This document shows positions 26,511 to 38,865 of a DNA stretch of 64,000 nucleotides, one piece after another. The stretch covers positions 5,324,355-5,388,354 of the forward strand of contig CM119265.1 in the NCBI GenBank assembly GCA_051294375.1, read 5' to 3'. The position numbers and the translations under genes were made by a program. The DNA comes from Paraspadella gotoi. Lineage: Eukaryota > Animalia > Chaetognatha. The notes beneath the pieces were generated by a model, which saw only the letters and a list, made by a program, of their open reading frames with translations, was not told the DNA's origin and searched no databases. How positions within the stretch are numbered: position 1 is the stretch's first letter; each line of letters begins with the position of its first letter.

Positions 26511-28069
26511 CGACAGAAAGACACTACTAAACGAAAAGCAGACGACCTCCTCTTCCTCACATTCCCGTTTCGCGTCGGAATAGTCTCCTCCTTTTACGAT
26601 CTTCCGTTCGGACGGACTTCAATCGGACTGCTGGACCCGAAGGAGGGGGACGGCCGTAAGTGGACGAGGTGTTATAGTTCGGAGGAGAGGGTAAAGAAGA
26701 GGGTGGGGGATTAAGGGGGTCGAGATACTGGTCTTTTTATGAAGGGGACTGCGGGGGTTGGGGGGCAGTCCCCAAAAAGACAGCGATGCGTTTCTCTCTT
26801 TTTTTCTTGACCTTTTTACTGTCCTTTCGCCCTTTTTATTTCTCTTTTTTTAGCGACGGTTTCTGGTCAGCATCGAGAGGGCCTTGGTTACGAGGGCGAT
26901 TAAAGAGAAAGGGATTTGCTGGGCGAAGGAATGGAAAGGAAAGACTCGGGCTGAGATCCGCTACGGGCAAATTATAATCGGCGTAAGGAGAATGGTATTC
27001 GTTGGTACTGCGGCCACCATATATTTTGACACGAGCGTTAAGTTAATTGATCTGGTGCTGGAAAGGCGAAGCTGGTCAGTTATCACACGGAGATGAAGCT
27101 GAATGAGTGCCTTTTGAGAACTGTTCGTGCGCCATTTTGTTTTCAAGAACTTCGAACGCTGAAAATTCTATAATCCAGAGGAACCGTTTCGAAAAAAAAC
27201 CTTGACATTTGACTTTTAAATGGAAGGAAAGAAAATGGTAAAAGTAAGAAACTCAAAAACTCGAACCGGATTCGTTTGGTTTTTTTTTTCTTTTCTTTTC
27301 TCGTTTTTTTCTTTTCTTTTCTCGTTTTTCGGCGTTTGTTGATATGACCTGTTGTGTTTTGTTTGTTTGCATATTGGGCTTCTTCATATTTTGTAAAACT
27401 TTCTTTGTACACAGTACAACTTGCTGACGTATTCCGTGTGCAGGTTTGATCGGTGCACGCTTGATGTATCTTCTTTTAGCTCCTATGACTATGCATCTTA
27501 TATTTGTCATTCATTTTAATAAAATCTTAATATTCTCCACGAAATCGCTATTTTTATTTCGAAGAAAACACGGGGGGGGGGAAAGAAATAAATTCGTTTC
27601 TCGATTTCAATTTTGAAGATTGCCTTTCACCAAAAGGAAAAAAAAAGACGAAAAAGTGGGAAGGAGGAGTGCAGATCCGATATTAAGTTAGGGGTCAGAC
27701 CGAAGGGGGAAAAGGGGCAGACCCGCCAAGGGGAAGGCAAGAGGAAATAAAAAGAGTATTTTATTAAGTCGCACAAAAAAAGTTGAACTTGATGGATTTT
27801 TTTTTGGTTCTCCGTGTTCGGTGGGTTGAACGAGTAAAAACAATAATAAATATTCATTCTTATTAAAATTGTTTTGATCAAATAAAATTTTCAATCGCCT
27901 CTTTTTTTCCGATATGAGAAATTGCAAAATTGATTGTTTCACTGTTTTAAGTTTTTAAATTTTAAAGTATTCAGTATTTACGATTTAATTCATTTTATGA
28001 AATTGGTACAACCAATGTTTCTATTCTTACTCGCTTTTCATATCATTATGGATCACAATCTAATAATAT

Positions 28070-28359
28070 TGTAATACATCATCGCAGGATAATCAACCTA
28101 ACCCGAAACAGAAAAGGATCGGAGGATCGTGATTGGTCAAGACGGAATCGGCCTTGACAAATCAGCGTGCAGAACCAATGGAGCTGTCAAAAAAAACCCT
28201 TAACTCTGATCCTCCTCACGAGATATAAATAGACCTAGGTTTCCTTAGTTTCAGTAGAATTGATCTCGACTCCTGCGTGTGTCTCCCCGTCACATAAATT
28301 ATTCTCAGCATAAATCTCATTTCGATTTCATCCTAGAAATCCATGAGTTTTTCCTTAAA
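28070..28359 (+). mobile_element. LTR-like segment (putative 5' LTR of a Gypsy-like retroelement)
   Basis: Starts TGTAATAC and ends CCTTAAA (one mismatch from the TTACA inverse terminus). Contains CCAAT boxes (~28131 reverse, ~28176), TATAAA at 28224 and TCAGT Inr at 28251. It is followed after 2 nt by TGGTGGCAGCGG (tRNA-Leu PBS). No partner LTR or gag/pol seen. Confidence 0.5.
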
Positions 28360-28361
28360 TG

Positions 28362-28407
28362 TGGTGGCAGCGGTGTGATTCGAACCCACGTCTCCGAAGA
28401 GACTGGT
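28362..28407 (-). pseudogene. tRNA-Leu 3'-half copy with encoded CCA (long primer-binding site or retroposed tRNA fragment)
   Basis: Minus strand reads ACCAGTCTCTTCGGAGACGTGGGTTCGAATCACACCGCTGCCACCA: anticodon-stem 3' strand, long variable arm (TCTC-TTCG-GAGA), T arm GGTTCGAATC, acceptor strand and CCA of eukaryotic tRNA-Leu(AAG/TAG) type. The 5' half is absent. Confidence 0.85.
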
Positions 28408-29189
28408 TTAATAGAAAAATGCTAAAACCTTAAAGAATAATTAAAGAAATATCAGCCCTGGAATGCTCGGCATCTTATTCTCCGAGGTGGAAGAGAAAGA
28501 CAAAGACCGATGGGGGTGGGCGGAGCGGGGCGTGGAGTCAAAAATCGGGCGAGAGGGTCACCCTCGGACTGGCCCCGGACTGGCCACGGGCTGGCCACGG
28601 GCTGGCCACCGCGGAATTTTTTCGGGGTCAACATTCGACCCGCGATTGGAAGAAAGTCAGGAACCCGAAATAGAAGCGAAGAAAGGAGGTCGAGCCACTC
28701 GCTCAACTTTAACCGAACCCAACAATTCTCTTCTTTCTTTTTTATTGGGGGGGGAGGGGGGGCGCAAAAAAATAACTAAAAAGAAAAGAGAAGAAAAGAA
28801 AAAAGAAACATGGAAAAAAAAGGAAGGATTTTTCTTCATTCCTTTTTCAACCTGAGAGGTAAATAGGTCGTTCGAAAAAAAAAAATTGGTTTTCTTTTTC
28901 TCCTCGTCTTCTCGCTGAAACTTTTCCTATCGTTTTTTTTAGTTGTGTTTCCTTTTTCCCTGTTTTTGTTTCTACTTTTCCTCACGTTCGGTTATGATGA
29001 GGATAAATCAGAAAACAATTGTTGTGGCGGAATTTTAAAGTTGGCTTTGCCCTAAGCCGCACGTATCTATTTTAATAACACGATAAACACAGATAAACTC
29101 TATAGGTTTCAATTAAAGCATCTTTCTCGTTTTATATACCACGTGCTTTGTACATTTCGCCTCTCCCCCTCTCTCTCTTTCTGTTTCTC

Positions 29190-29225
<36 letters not shown>

Positions 29226-29721
29226 GTCTTTCTTTTCTTTCCTCCTTTTTCTTTCTTTCTTTCTTTTCTTTTCTTTCTTTCTTTCTTTCTTCTCTTCTCT
29301 CCTTCTCTCTTCTCTCCTTCTCTCTCTCCTCTGTCCTTTCTTCCTCTCTCTCTCTCTCTGCAATTCGCATTCTATTCCTCAGGAAAATAAGCTTTGCTTT
29401 TCGCCTTTGGTGCCAAGGTCCGACGCCCGAAAAGGAAGGAAAGTCTCGATGCGCCTTCATCCAATACGAAACTCGAATCTCGGAATCTCTACCGCTGACC
29501 CTCACTTGGCGACTTCACCCCCCGTCCCTTTCACGACCGGTAAGGCGTTGGCGGTCGGGGGAAAAGTTAAAAAGGTGGTGAGGAGATGACGAGGGGAAAA
29601 TCTGTAGAAAGGTAGGTGGAGTAAGGTAATGAAAAAGATTTTATGAAAGATTAAATTTAAAAAAAAAAACATGCTAGGAAACGAAAGTAGAGAAAAGTAA
29701 AATTGATAATTGAAATAGTGA

Positions 29722-29820
29722 AAAAAAAGAAAAGAAAAGAAAAGAAAAGAAAAGAAAAGAAAAGAAAAGAAAAGAAAAGAAAAGAAAAGAAAAGAAAAGA
29801 AAAGAAAAGAAAAGAAAAAT
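29722..29820 (+). repeat. (GAAAA)n microsatellite
   Basis: Direct reading. Confidence 0.95.
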
Positions 29821-30161
29821 AGAAAGAATAATTGGAAAAGAAAAGTAAGGAAAGAAATAAAAAGAAATAAAAGGGAAGGAGGAAGAAGGAAGGAAAGGAG
29901 AAAAAAATAAATAAAAGCGTTAAAAAATAAAGGAAAGGAAAAGAAAGGAAAGGAAATTTTAGGAATCAAAGAAATCTGTGGCAGATTAATATGACTCAAG
30001 GCGACACTCCTCCGTAGACATCTGCAACTATAGGGAACGGGTCGCCGCGGAGGTTCTGGGTTCGAGGCGCGGGAATTTGGAGATCCAAGGTTCAACATTT
30101 TAATTTCGCATCTTTGTCGGGAGAGAAAAATTCTCCAGCACACTCGGAGTAAAGAAGGCCT

Positions 30162-30200
<39 letters not shown>

Positions 30201-31071
30201 GTGACGTCACAGGAAAATAGGAATGATAACAAAGATGACGTCCACTTTTTACTTTTAGTATCCTGTATTACCAAGTAAATTTGCCTAAGAGGGGGAGGAT
30301 GAAGCGTATTACTACTACTATAATATACTATAATATTATATCGCATTGACAACGTTCAATGGTCGAAAATAGAAGGCGTTATCTCATTTATTATTCGATG
30401 AGAAAAAAAGAGACTTTGTTGGTCCCGGAGGCGGAAGCCATGTTTTTTCCGCGGTTGAAAGGGCATCATGGACAATAAAGGAAGCGATACAATGGGGCGA
30501 GACGCGACTAAATCGAAAAAAAAACAGACAACAGAAAACAGACAACACAAACGGAAACAAAATCGGTCAGCGGAAACACCAATGCAAACGTCAACAGTTA
30601 CAACATGTATATTTTTTTATATTTATTCTTAGGGAAAGAAAAGAAACGAAGCGAAAATAAAACTGAAATTCAGAATAAAAAAGATTTAAACGATGAAATA
30701 AAAAAAAACCCAATCAAAATCGAATGAATCGTCGTGTCTTTTGTTTCTCGTCGTCGTCGTCCTGGCGGACGTCGACGGAAACGATAAAAAAATTTTCTCA
30801 AAGAAAGAAAATTTGAAAAAGAAAGAAAGAAAAAAGGAGAAAATGGAAAACAAAAGGAACTCGGAGAAAATAAATAAAAAAAAAACGAAGGAAGAACACG
30901 AGGATCATCGGAATTCGATTTCGCGGGCAACAGAGAGAAAAACGACGACGATAACGACGACGATAGCGACGACGATTTCGGGGGAGAAAAAAAAAGAGAG
31001 AAGCGACGACAACGAAAACGATTTCGTCTCGAGGACAATGACGATGATTACGATCGAGCCACACCTCGGCC

Positions 31072-31129
<58 letters not shown>

Positions 31130-31152
31130 TTTGATAATTGATGATGATGATG
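31072..31152 (+). repeat. (GAT)n microsatellite
   Basis: Direct reading; source of the spurious poly-His/poly-Ser ORFs. Confidence 0.95.
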
Positions 31153-31481
31153 AAGACGCCGAGGACGGAGACGATGCAAATCTCAGGCCCGACGATGACG
31201 GCGTAAACAATAAATCTGAAGTCGGAAAAATGATTCGACTTCCTCAACGACAATCAGCCAACGATAACAAAGGACAATAACAAAGAACGACATTGAGGGA
31301 TCAGTCGGGATCACCTTCAAACTCTCACGTTCGCTACGATCTTTTCATTTCTTCGAAACAAGCAAACAATTTTTTTCTAAGGCCAAGCAAGACGCAAGAA
31401 GATCTAAGGACTCGGATTAGGATGAAAGATTCTTCTTTTTTTTCATCGACTCACATAATAATAACATAATAATAACATATT

Positions 31482-31792
31482 TTGTATTTTGATGCTAGTG
31501 CGGAGTACAATAAGTATTCCCCGATCTAATACTTAAGGGAGTGGTCTTTTCATACAATTGAAACATTCTTTGAAATATTTTCCACTTCATTGATAGGGAA
31601 GCCAGGTACTCTGGGAGTGAATAAACGATACTGTGAGAGAGTCTTGATTGAAAGCTTGCAGGGACCTGCTATGTCATTATCTTGTAAGAGTGATGGAGGC
31701 CTTAAACCACCAAAGCCTGTCCAAAGTCAGGGGCAAGATCGCTTATTTATTAAATGAATGGATAATTTTTATATTGGTTGTACCAATTTCAT
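31482..31792 (+). mobile_element. Dispersed repeat family A, copy 3
   Basis: Near-identical to 24555-24866; similar ACTCACAT(G)ATAATAA sequence on both flanks (possible TSD). Confidence 0.85.
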
Positions 31793-33016
31793 AATAACTC
31801 ACATGATAATAATTTTTCAACTTTTATATCATCTCAATAACCCGATAAACTCAACCGATTGCTCGATTGATGAAAAAAAAAATTGAATTTATTTTTTTTA
31901 TAAATATATAATCTAGGTATATTTGTTTTCGGGCAAATAAGAATTTTTCTCATCTTTTTTTTCTCCAACGAGAAGTAATTTTTTATCCGAACAGGAGTTA
32001 AAAGGAGAGAGAAGCCCACGGGTCGTCCGCGCCGAGCAGTCCTTTAGGAAAGAGGAAAAAGCGAAAAATTACTTTATTTGTTTATTATAATAAACATTTT
32101 ATAAACGTTCAATGCAATTTAAAGATCAAATTTAGTAAATAAAAGACAGTAAACTAAATCTAAAATAAGAAAGTAGCAAAAAAGCAATAGCGAAAAGAAG
32201 CATAGTAAATGAAACATGAAACAAACAAATCAATATTAGGAATTTAGGCTATCCTATCCAATTTTTATCAATTCAAAGAGCGAGAAAAGTATACTTGCAA
32301 CTCGTTTCTTAGAAATTAGAATTAAATTTGATGATGATAATTTATTCAGTTTAACATGACGGGTCTAAATAATATCTCGTAAACTATATGTTTTGCAGGA
32401 CGAAATGAAACAGTGACTTTTAAGATTATTTTTTTCTTTCTGTCCCAAGTTCGTAGAAAGAAATAAGCCTATTTCTTCTTTGCCCACTCAAACGCCTCTC
32501 ACATTTCAAAAAGACCCTCTCTCTCTTTCAGCTGTATTCCCCATCACATTTTTACCACTAAGCCAGAGAGAGTCCCTCGATTCTCTTCATAACGAAAACA
32601 TATGTTCGCGAACCGCGCTTATGATAATTCTTTCCCGCGCGCTTTCAGTGGCTCCGCTCTTTAATGGACACCCCGGGGATTAGAAGTCTCGGTCGCTCTT
32701 CTCATTTTAAAAACGCGAATGAATGAAAGTTTTTAAACGACTCCCATAACCCGGGGTGCCGTGATCGATCGCTGTGTCGAGTGGTTAGAGATGAGGACTT
32801 ATCAATCCCTAAAAGATAGCAATGGTAACCAACTGAAACAAGAAATGGCTAGAAAGTAAATTCGTACCTATTTATTTGGGTTTTCAATCGTCTTTTTGAA
32901 ATTCTTATTACTTAATCGGATTAACTTTTTAAACTATGTTATTATCGTTCGAAAGTTATCCGATCTCGCGGTATTGAGTCTCGCAATTGTTCCCTCGTTG
33001 AGATCGATATCGATAT

Positions 33017-33048
<32 letters not shown>

Positions 33049-33073
33049 NNNNNNNNNNNNNNNNNNNNNNNNN
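33049..33073. other. Assembly gap (25 N); other gaps at 34872-34881 and 40158-40182
   Basis: N runs. Confidence 1.
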
Positions 33074-33238
33074 CCGTTTAGACTTAAATGTCGGCCGCCC
33101 TCAAGACCCAATACAATATGAGAATAATAAAACAAAAAAATATGAAAAATCAGAAAGAGAACGGAGAATGACGTTATCAAATTAAGTGTCAACGTTGGTC
33201 ATCATTAAACTGGAAGACACACTTTATAGAGCTTGTGT

Positions 33239-33303
<65 letters not shown>

Positions 33304-33361
33304 AGAAGAGAGAGAGAGAGTGTTGAAAAAGAAAAAGTATGAGAGAGAGAGGAGAAGCGTG

Positions 33362-33431
<70 letters not shown>

Positions 33432-33512
33432 GAGAGGAGAGAGAATGTGGTGTGAAAGAAAAGTGGTGAGAGAGAGAGGTGTGTGTGAAAGAGAAAGCGT
33501 GTAGAGAGAGAG

Positions 33513-33549
<37 letters not shown>

Positions 33550-33712
33550 ACACAAGCTCTATAAAGTGTGTCTTCCAGTTTTATGATGACCAACGTTGAC
33601 ACTTAATTTGATAACGTCATTCTCCGTTCTCTTTCTGATTTTTCATATTTTTTTGTTTTATATTTTCTCATATTGTATTGGGTCTTGAGGGCGGCCGACA
33701 TTTAAGTCTAAC
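33074..33712. repeat. Near-perfect inverted duplication (foldback) next to an N-gap
   Basis: 33078-33245 is the reverse complement of ~33541-33711, separated by AG/CT-rich sequence. Confidence 0.92.
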
Positions 33713-34327
33713 CGCGCGGAAATGGAAAAGTTTGACGTCTGCGTCATAACGAGCGGAAGTGATATCTCGAGGAATCTTTCTCGGCTTAAACTCATATTTT
33801 CTCAACTTCTCTTAATTACAATTTCTTTGTGACTGCCCCCCTTTTTTACTACTGTACGTATGTATTTAAATTTATACAGTCGATGAAGGACAAATCAAAA
33901 GAGGAGAAATCAAAGAAAAAGAAAAATTCGAATGAGATTTCGGGAGGAAAAAAGAATTTTGCAAATTTAGCAGATTTTGAAGATTTGAATTTTCCGTCTT
34001 TGTCTTCGGGCGGAAAACCGAAACATTTCAGAGACAATCTACTGAGATTTTTTTTTTTACCTAAAAAGAATAAAAGAAAAAAAATCTGGAATCCCTTAGT
34101 GAGAAAGAAAAAGGCATTTATTTCATTAAAATTAACCTTTTTATAGCGTAGGGTAAAGTCGTTAACTGAGTTGTGTCACGAGGAATAAACAATAATCGAC
34201 GTTTTATTCTTGTCTTGTCGGCGGTTTTGATGTTGGTAAAACTTGGTTTCTCAGAGACAGAAAAATTATTTAGAGATTCGTGTAAAGCGGAATGGGGGCA
34301 ATCTCAATAAAAACAAAAATGGCGGGA

Positions 34328-34436
<109 letters not shown>

Positions 34437-35934
34437 CAGTGTTCACGGTTCGAAACGCTTTATAACCCTCAGTTTTCTCATTTTGGACGGTTTCCAAATC
34501 AAATTTCTGACCCACCTCTCTGACATAGATTGGCCCTACCCTATACAGTCGAATTCACCCGTCATGTCATTTCACAAATTGAAATTCAGATTAACAAACG
34601 AACTAAGGAGCATAAAAGAAACGAGGAAAGGGTGGAGGCTCAACCGGCGCGAAAAGGGAAATTGAATGAACTTGTCAAATGAAAGGAAAGGCGACGGTGG
34701 GAGGTCTTCATAAATGAGGGAATAAAAACCTCCCTGTCGAGAATCAATTTCTTTTTTCTTTCTTTTCTTTTTGTATTAAACTGTTAAATTCTTTATACAT
34801 CATTTCCCGATCCCGTTTCTTCATCGCATTAATATTGTTTTTTCGAGAGTTTGTTATTAATTTTATTGTTANNNNNNNNNNCGCTTTGTTTAATTTCTAT
34901 ACCTCGATATATTTTTACAGTTTAGTAGATCTAAAAAAACATTAAACTACCTCAATACACATTTTGTAGTAATTCTTTGAACGTCTATGAAACAAATACG
35001 TTATTTTACTAAAATATATAAGTAAAATTGACAAATAGTGAAAAGCTGCGATGAGTGGAAGGAGATTGTTATGCTTTATTAATTGGACCGGGGATGAAGA
35101 GGGAGGATCGGGTAAGGAAGAAATAATCCGAGTATTGGAACGAGAGTTTTGCAACAATCTACGTCCATCCGCTGCTAAGAAAGAAATAGGGGCGGAACCC
35201 GCCGCCCATGATGTTTGGGTGGCATCGCGGAAGGGTTGCCTGATCTCGGCTTAATGTGTACCCGCGGACAAGAGATCGGAACGGCGGGCGTCATTGAGCA
35301 AAGCGGCCGTGAGAGAATGAAGACTGAAACTCACTGATCGGGGGAGAAAAAAAAAGAAAAAAAAGGAAATCGGAAAGACGAAGAAAATTGGATTTGCAAA
35401 AGTTATTAAGAAAAAAAGGTTTTGAGGCGCTTGTTGTTTTTTGTGTTTTGCTTTTTTTTTTTCCATTGGCGAATACATCTTCGTTCTGCGTCCGCTTTTT
35501 TGGTTTTTTTCAGAGTGGTGCGCTCCGATAGCCAACTGTCTAGCTTACTTGCTTGGCACCCCGGTTGACTAATTCTCACTTCCTCGAGAATAACTTTCTA
35601 ATTTTAGCGGACGAAGCCATTCATCCGGCAACTCTTTCATAATTAATTTCTTCTATGAACCCAGTTTTGAATATCTTTCCTTTCCGCCGTTGTGTAGTCA
35701 CTTTAGGCTGCCCCCTTCGTTCCCGAATTCTATTTTCATTCTTTCCATTTTTCTAGTATCTCCTCGTTTAATGTTTTCTTTTACTTCTTCCCTTCTTTTT
35801 TTTTTAATTCCTTTCCTCTTTTTTCATTCTTTCCTCCTCTATGAATTCTTTTTCTTTCTATCTTTCTTGATTACTTTCTTTCCTATTTCCTGCAATTTTG
35901 TTCATTTCTCAATTTTTCTTTCTGTCTTTCTTTT

Positions 35935-35936
35935 TT

Positions 35937-36022
<86 letters not shown>
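35935..36022 (+). repeat. (TTTC)n microsatellite
   Basis: Direct reading. Confidence 0.95.
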
Positions 36023-36024
<2 letters not shown>

Positions 36025-36501
36025 AGTTCTTTATTTTTTTTCATCCCCTTTCCTTCACTTTCCTCCCTTTACCTCCTCTTTCCTCCCCTTTCCTCCACTT
36101 TCCTCCTCTTTCCTCCCCTTTCCTCCACTTTCCTCCCCTTTTCGCGACGTCTTGAGATTCCAGAGAAATCGAACGGAAGGAAGGAACTGGATAGAGTCGA
36201 TACCACGGGCTGCGGTTTATTCGAGCGGAGAAAAGGAGGGAGAGAACCGAGTCGATACAACGGGATTCTGTTAATTCGAGCGAAGAGAAGAAAATTTTCC
36301 CCGATTATTTTTCTTATTTTTTTTTTCTTTTTTTCTCTCGCGACGACGTCTTTGAAAATGAAAAGGACGTTGAGGATAGATGAGATTGGAAAAACGAGAA
36401 CCGGGAGAGGGGGGGGGAATTAAAAAATAAGAGAAAACTGTTTTTGATGTAGACTTCCTGATTAACATAGCCACAAGCTCGTCGCTGACTCGGCTTTTGA
36501 T

Positions 36502-36650
36502 ATGGAATTGTACAACCAATATGAAATTATCCATTCATTCAAGAAATAAGCTATCTCCCCGCAGACTTTGGGCAGGCTATTGAGGGCTATTACAAGATAA
36601 TAAGCTAGCAGGACCATGCAAGCTACCAATCAAGTTTCTCTCAGAGTCTA
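36502..36650 (-). mobile_element. Dispersed repeat family A, diverged inverted copy
   Basis: Reverse complement matches the 3' ~150 bp (CTTGATTG-AGCTTGCA...GAATGAATGGATAATTTCATATTGGTTGTACAATT). Confidence 0.75.
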
Positions 36651-36841
36651 ATTTTTTTTTGGTTTGTGCTCGTGACGTACAGTGATTTTAAAACAGAATA
36701 AGACGAAATATAATATCGTGAATATGATTTCGCTCCATTAAAACCATAATTGAGCGTCATAACCAAATCTTGGGACAAAAAAAACAAAGCGACGACGAAT
36801 TAGAAGCTTGAGTGAGTGGAAAAGAGAGAGAAACGGAGGTT

Positions 36842-36885
<44 letters not shown>

Positions 36886-37284
36886 TATGTTTGTCCCCTA
36901 GACTCTCTCACGCGCGAAACACAAATTTTGTTGCGGCCGCGCCTGCGTCGAGTGACGCTAATCCAATTTGGCGTCGGGCGACGCCGCTCCGTTACAACGC
37001 CCATTTAAGGCAAGAGAGTCAAGTCTCCGAGACAAGGCAAATAGATAAAAAAAAAATAGGGAGGGCTTTGTTTCTGTTTCTTTGTTTTTGTTTGTTTTTG
37101 TTTGAGCTCGATTGGTCGGATTGAGTAATTTATGGCTCGACCCCCGAGAAAGAAAAGTAAAAAGGTAAAAATGGCGTCGGGGGAGAAAACAGTTTTTTTC
37201 CTTACTATCGCTGCAACCTTGGTAATTTAAATCATTAAAGTTAACAAGACTGATCCGCCTTGACGTATCTCTCTCTCTTACTCC

Positions 37285-37339
<55 letters not shown>

Positions 37340-37979
37340 CTCAATCACAACCTGACCGCAGTCTCACCTCACTGTGGCACTGCTGTCTCTCCGTCATTGG
37401 CTTCACCGACTTTCTTCGCTCTTGGCCGTGAACCGAGCCACAACTGTTTCAAACCGCAAATTGCCACAGAATTACCTTTACATTTTACAATGTTTGCATT
37501 TCGTCCTTTCGTCATGTTAAATGTAATAAGGTGACTGAATCTCTTTAAACTGCACAAAAAATAGCAACAAAAATTTTTTTTTTCAACTTCAAAGATATGT
37601 AAATAAACGATATTTATCCAGGAATAATATGAAATACCTAAGTCTCGTCTTTTTACTTAATCGTGATACAAACAGAAAAGCAAACGTATCCTCGTATCTT
37701 GGAATATCGTTGCTTGCCAACTACGTAGAATATTAGAATTAAATTTGTTTTGAAAAATTACTTCACCTAGTCGTTAAAACGGTTTTCCGTAATATTTACG
37801 ACCAGAAAACGAACTTGATTAGTTGCCTTTGGCTTTGGCCGTAAGAACTAAGAAGAACGGAATTGAAGGATAAAAGAAAAACAAGTTGGCAAGAAAACGA
37901 GAAAAAAATAAGAAGGAAAGGAAATGAAATGCACAAAAAAAATAATGGAGAATAGCGGTAGAAATTGAGAGAGAGAGAG

Positions 37980-38060
<81 letters not shown>

Positions 38061-38519
38061 TTTAACTCTTTTCTCTATAAAGTCAAACTTCATTTTTAAT
38101 TGTTTATTGGGCCTGATTTTTCCAGGACGCCCTATTTCATCTTATCGTTTTATCAAATCCAATATACTCATTCTCTTTTAAATGCATACAAGCAAAAAAA
38201 AAATCTAAATTAAAAAAATGTAAAAAAAAAATCTTCGTCCTTGAACGAGACGACGGAATTTGAGTCAAAAGGACGGAGTCTCGTTGAAAGCAGTTCCCTC
38301 TGCCGTCGATCTTGAGCTTTTTCGTTGACCCAGAAAAGAGAACAGCGGCTACTCGGCCGCTCATGTATTTTACATAATCGCTTTTCATCGGTTCTGGAAA
38401 GTTCTTTTTCGCTTTTCCGTCCGCTTCTCCTTTGCCGCTGTTAGCTTCTATTCGCTCTCGTTGACATTCCCCAAATTCACCAATCACCATTCACTCAAAA
38501 GAGTGACCTTCAGTTTCTT

Positions 38520-38795
38520 CTCCGCTTTTCGTCGCTTCTGTCCGCTTCTCATTTCCTTCTGCCCTAATTACCTTCCGCTTCTTCTCCGCTTCTCATCTAT
38601 TCTATCCACTTCTTATTTCTATTTGCCCTTATTACCTTCCACTTTTTCTCCACTTCTCGTCGCTTCTGTCCGCTTCTCATTTCCTTCTGCCCCGATTACC
38701 TTCCGTTACTTCTCCACTTCTCGTCGCTTCTGTCCGCTTTTCATTTCCTTCTGCCCCGATTACCTTCCGCTTCTTCTCCGCTTCTCGTCGCTTCT
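38520..38795 (+). repeat. Degenerate ~63-bp pyrimidine-rich tandem repeat
   Basis: CGTCGCTTCTGTCCGCTTCTCATTTCCTTCTGCCC...ATTACCTTCCG seen three times. Confidence 0.85.
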
Positions 38796-38865
38796 TCAAT
38801 CTCTGACGTTTCGCTTCTCTCCCCACGAAAGTCGAGGTCTCCGATCGTCGCTTTAATTTATCACC

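Noticed and set aside
28362-28407. Functional tRNA-Leu gene
   Set aside because: The D arm, anticodon loop and 5' acceptor strand are missing; only the 3' half plus CCA is present.
30798-31253. Poly-His / poly-Ser ORFs
   Set aside because: Products of the (GAT)n microsatellite; no other coding signal.
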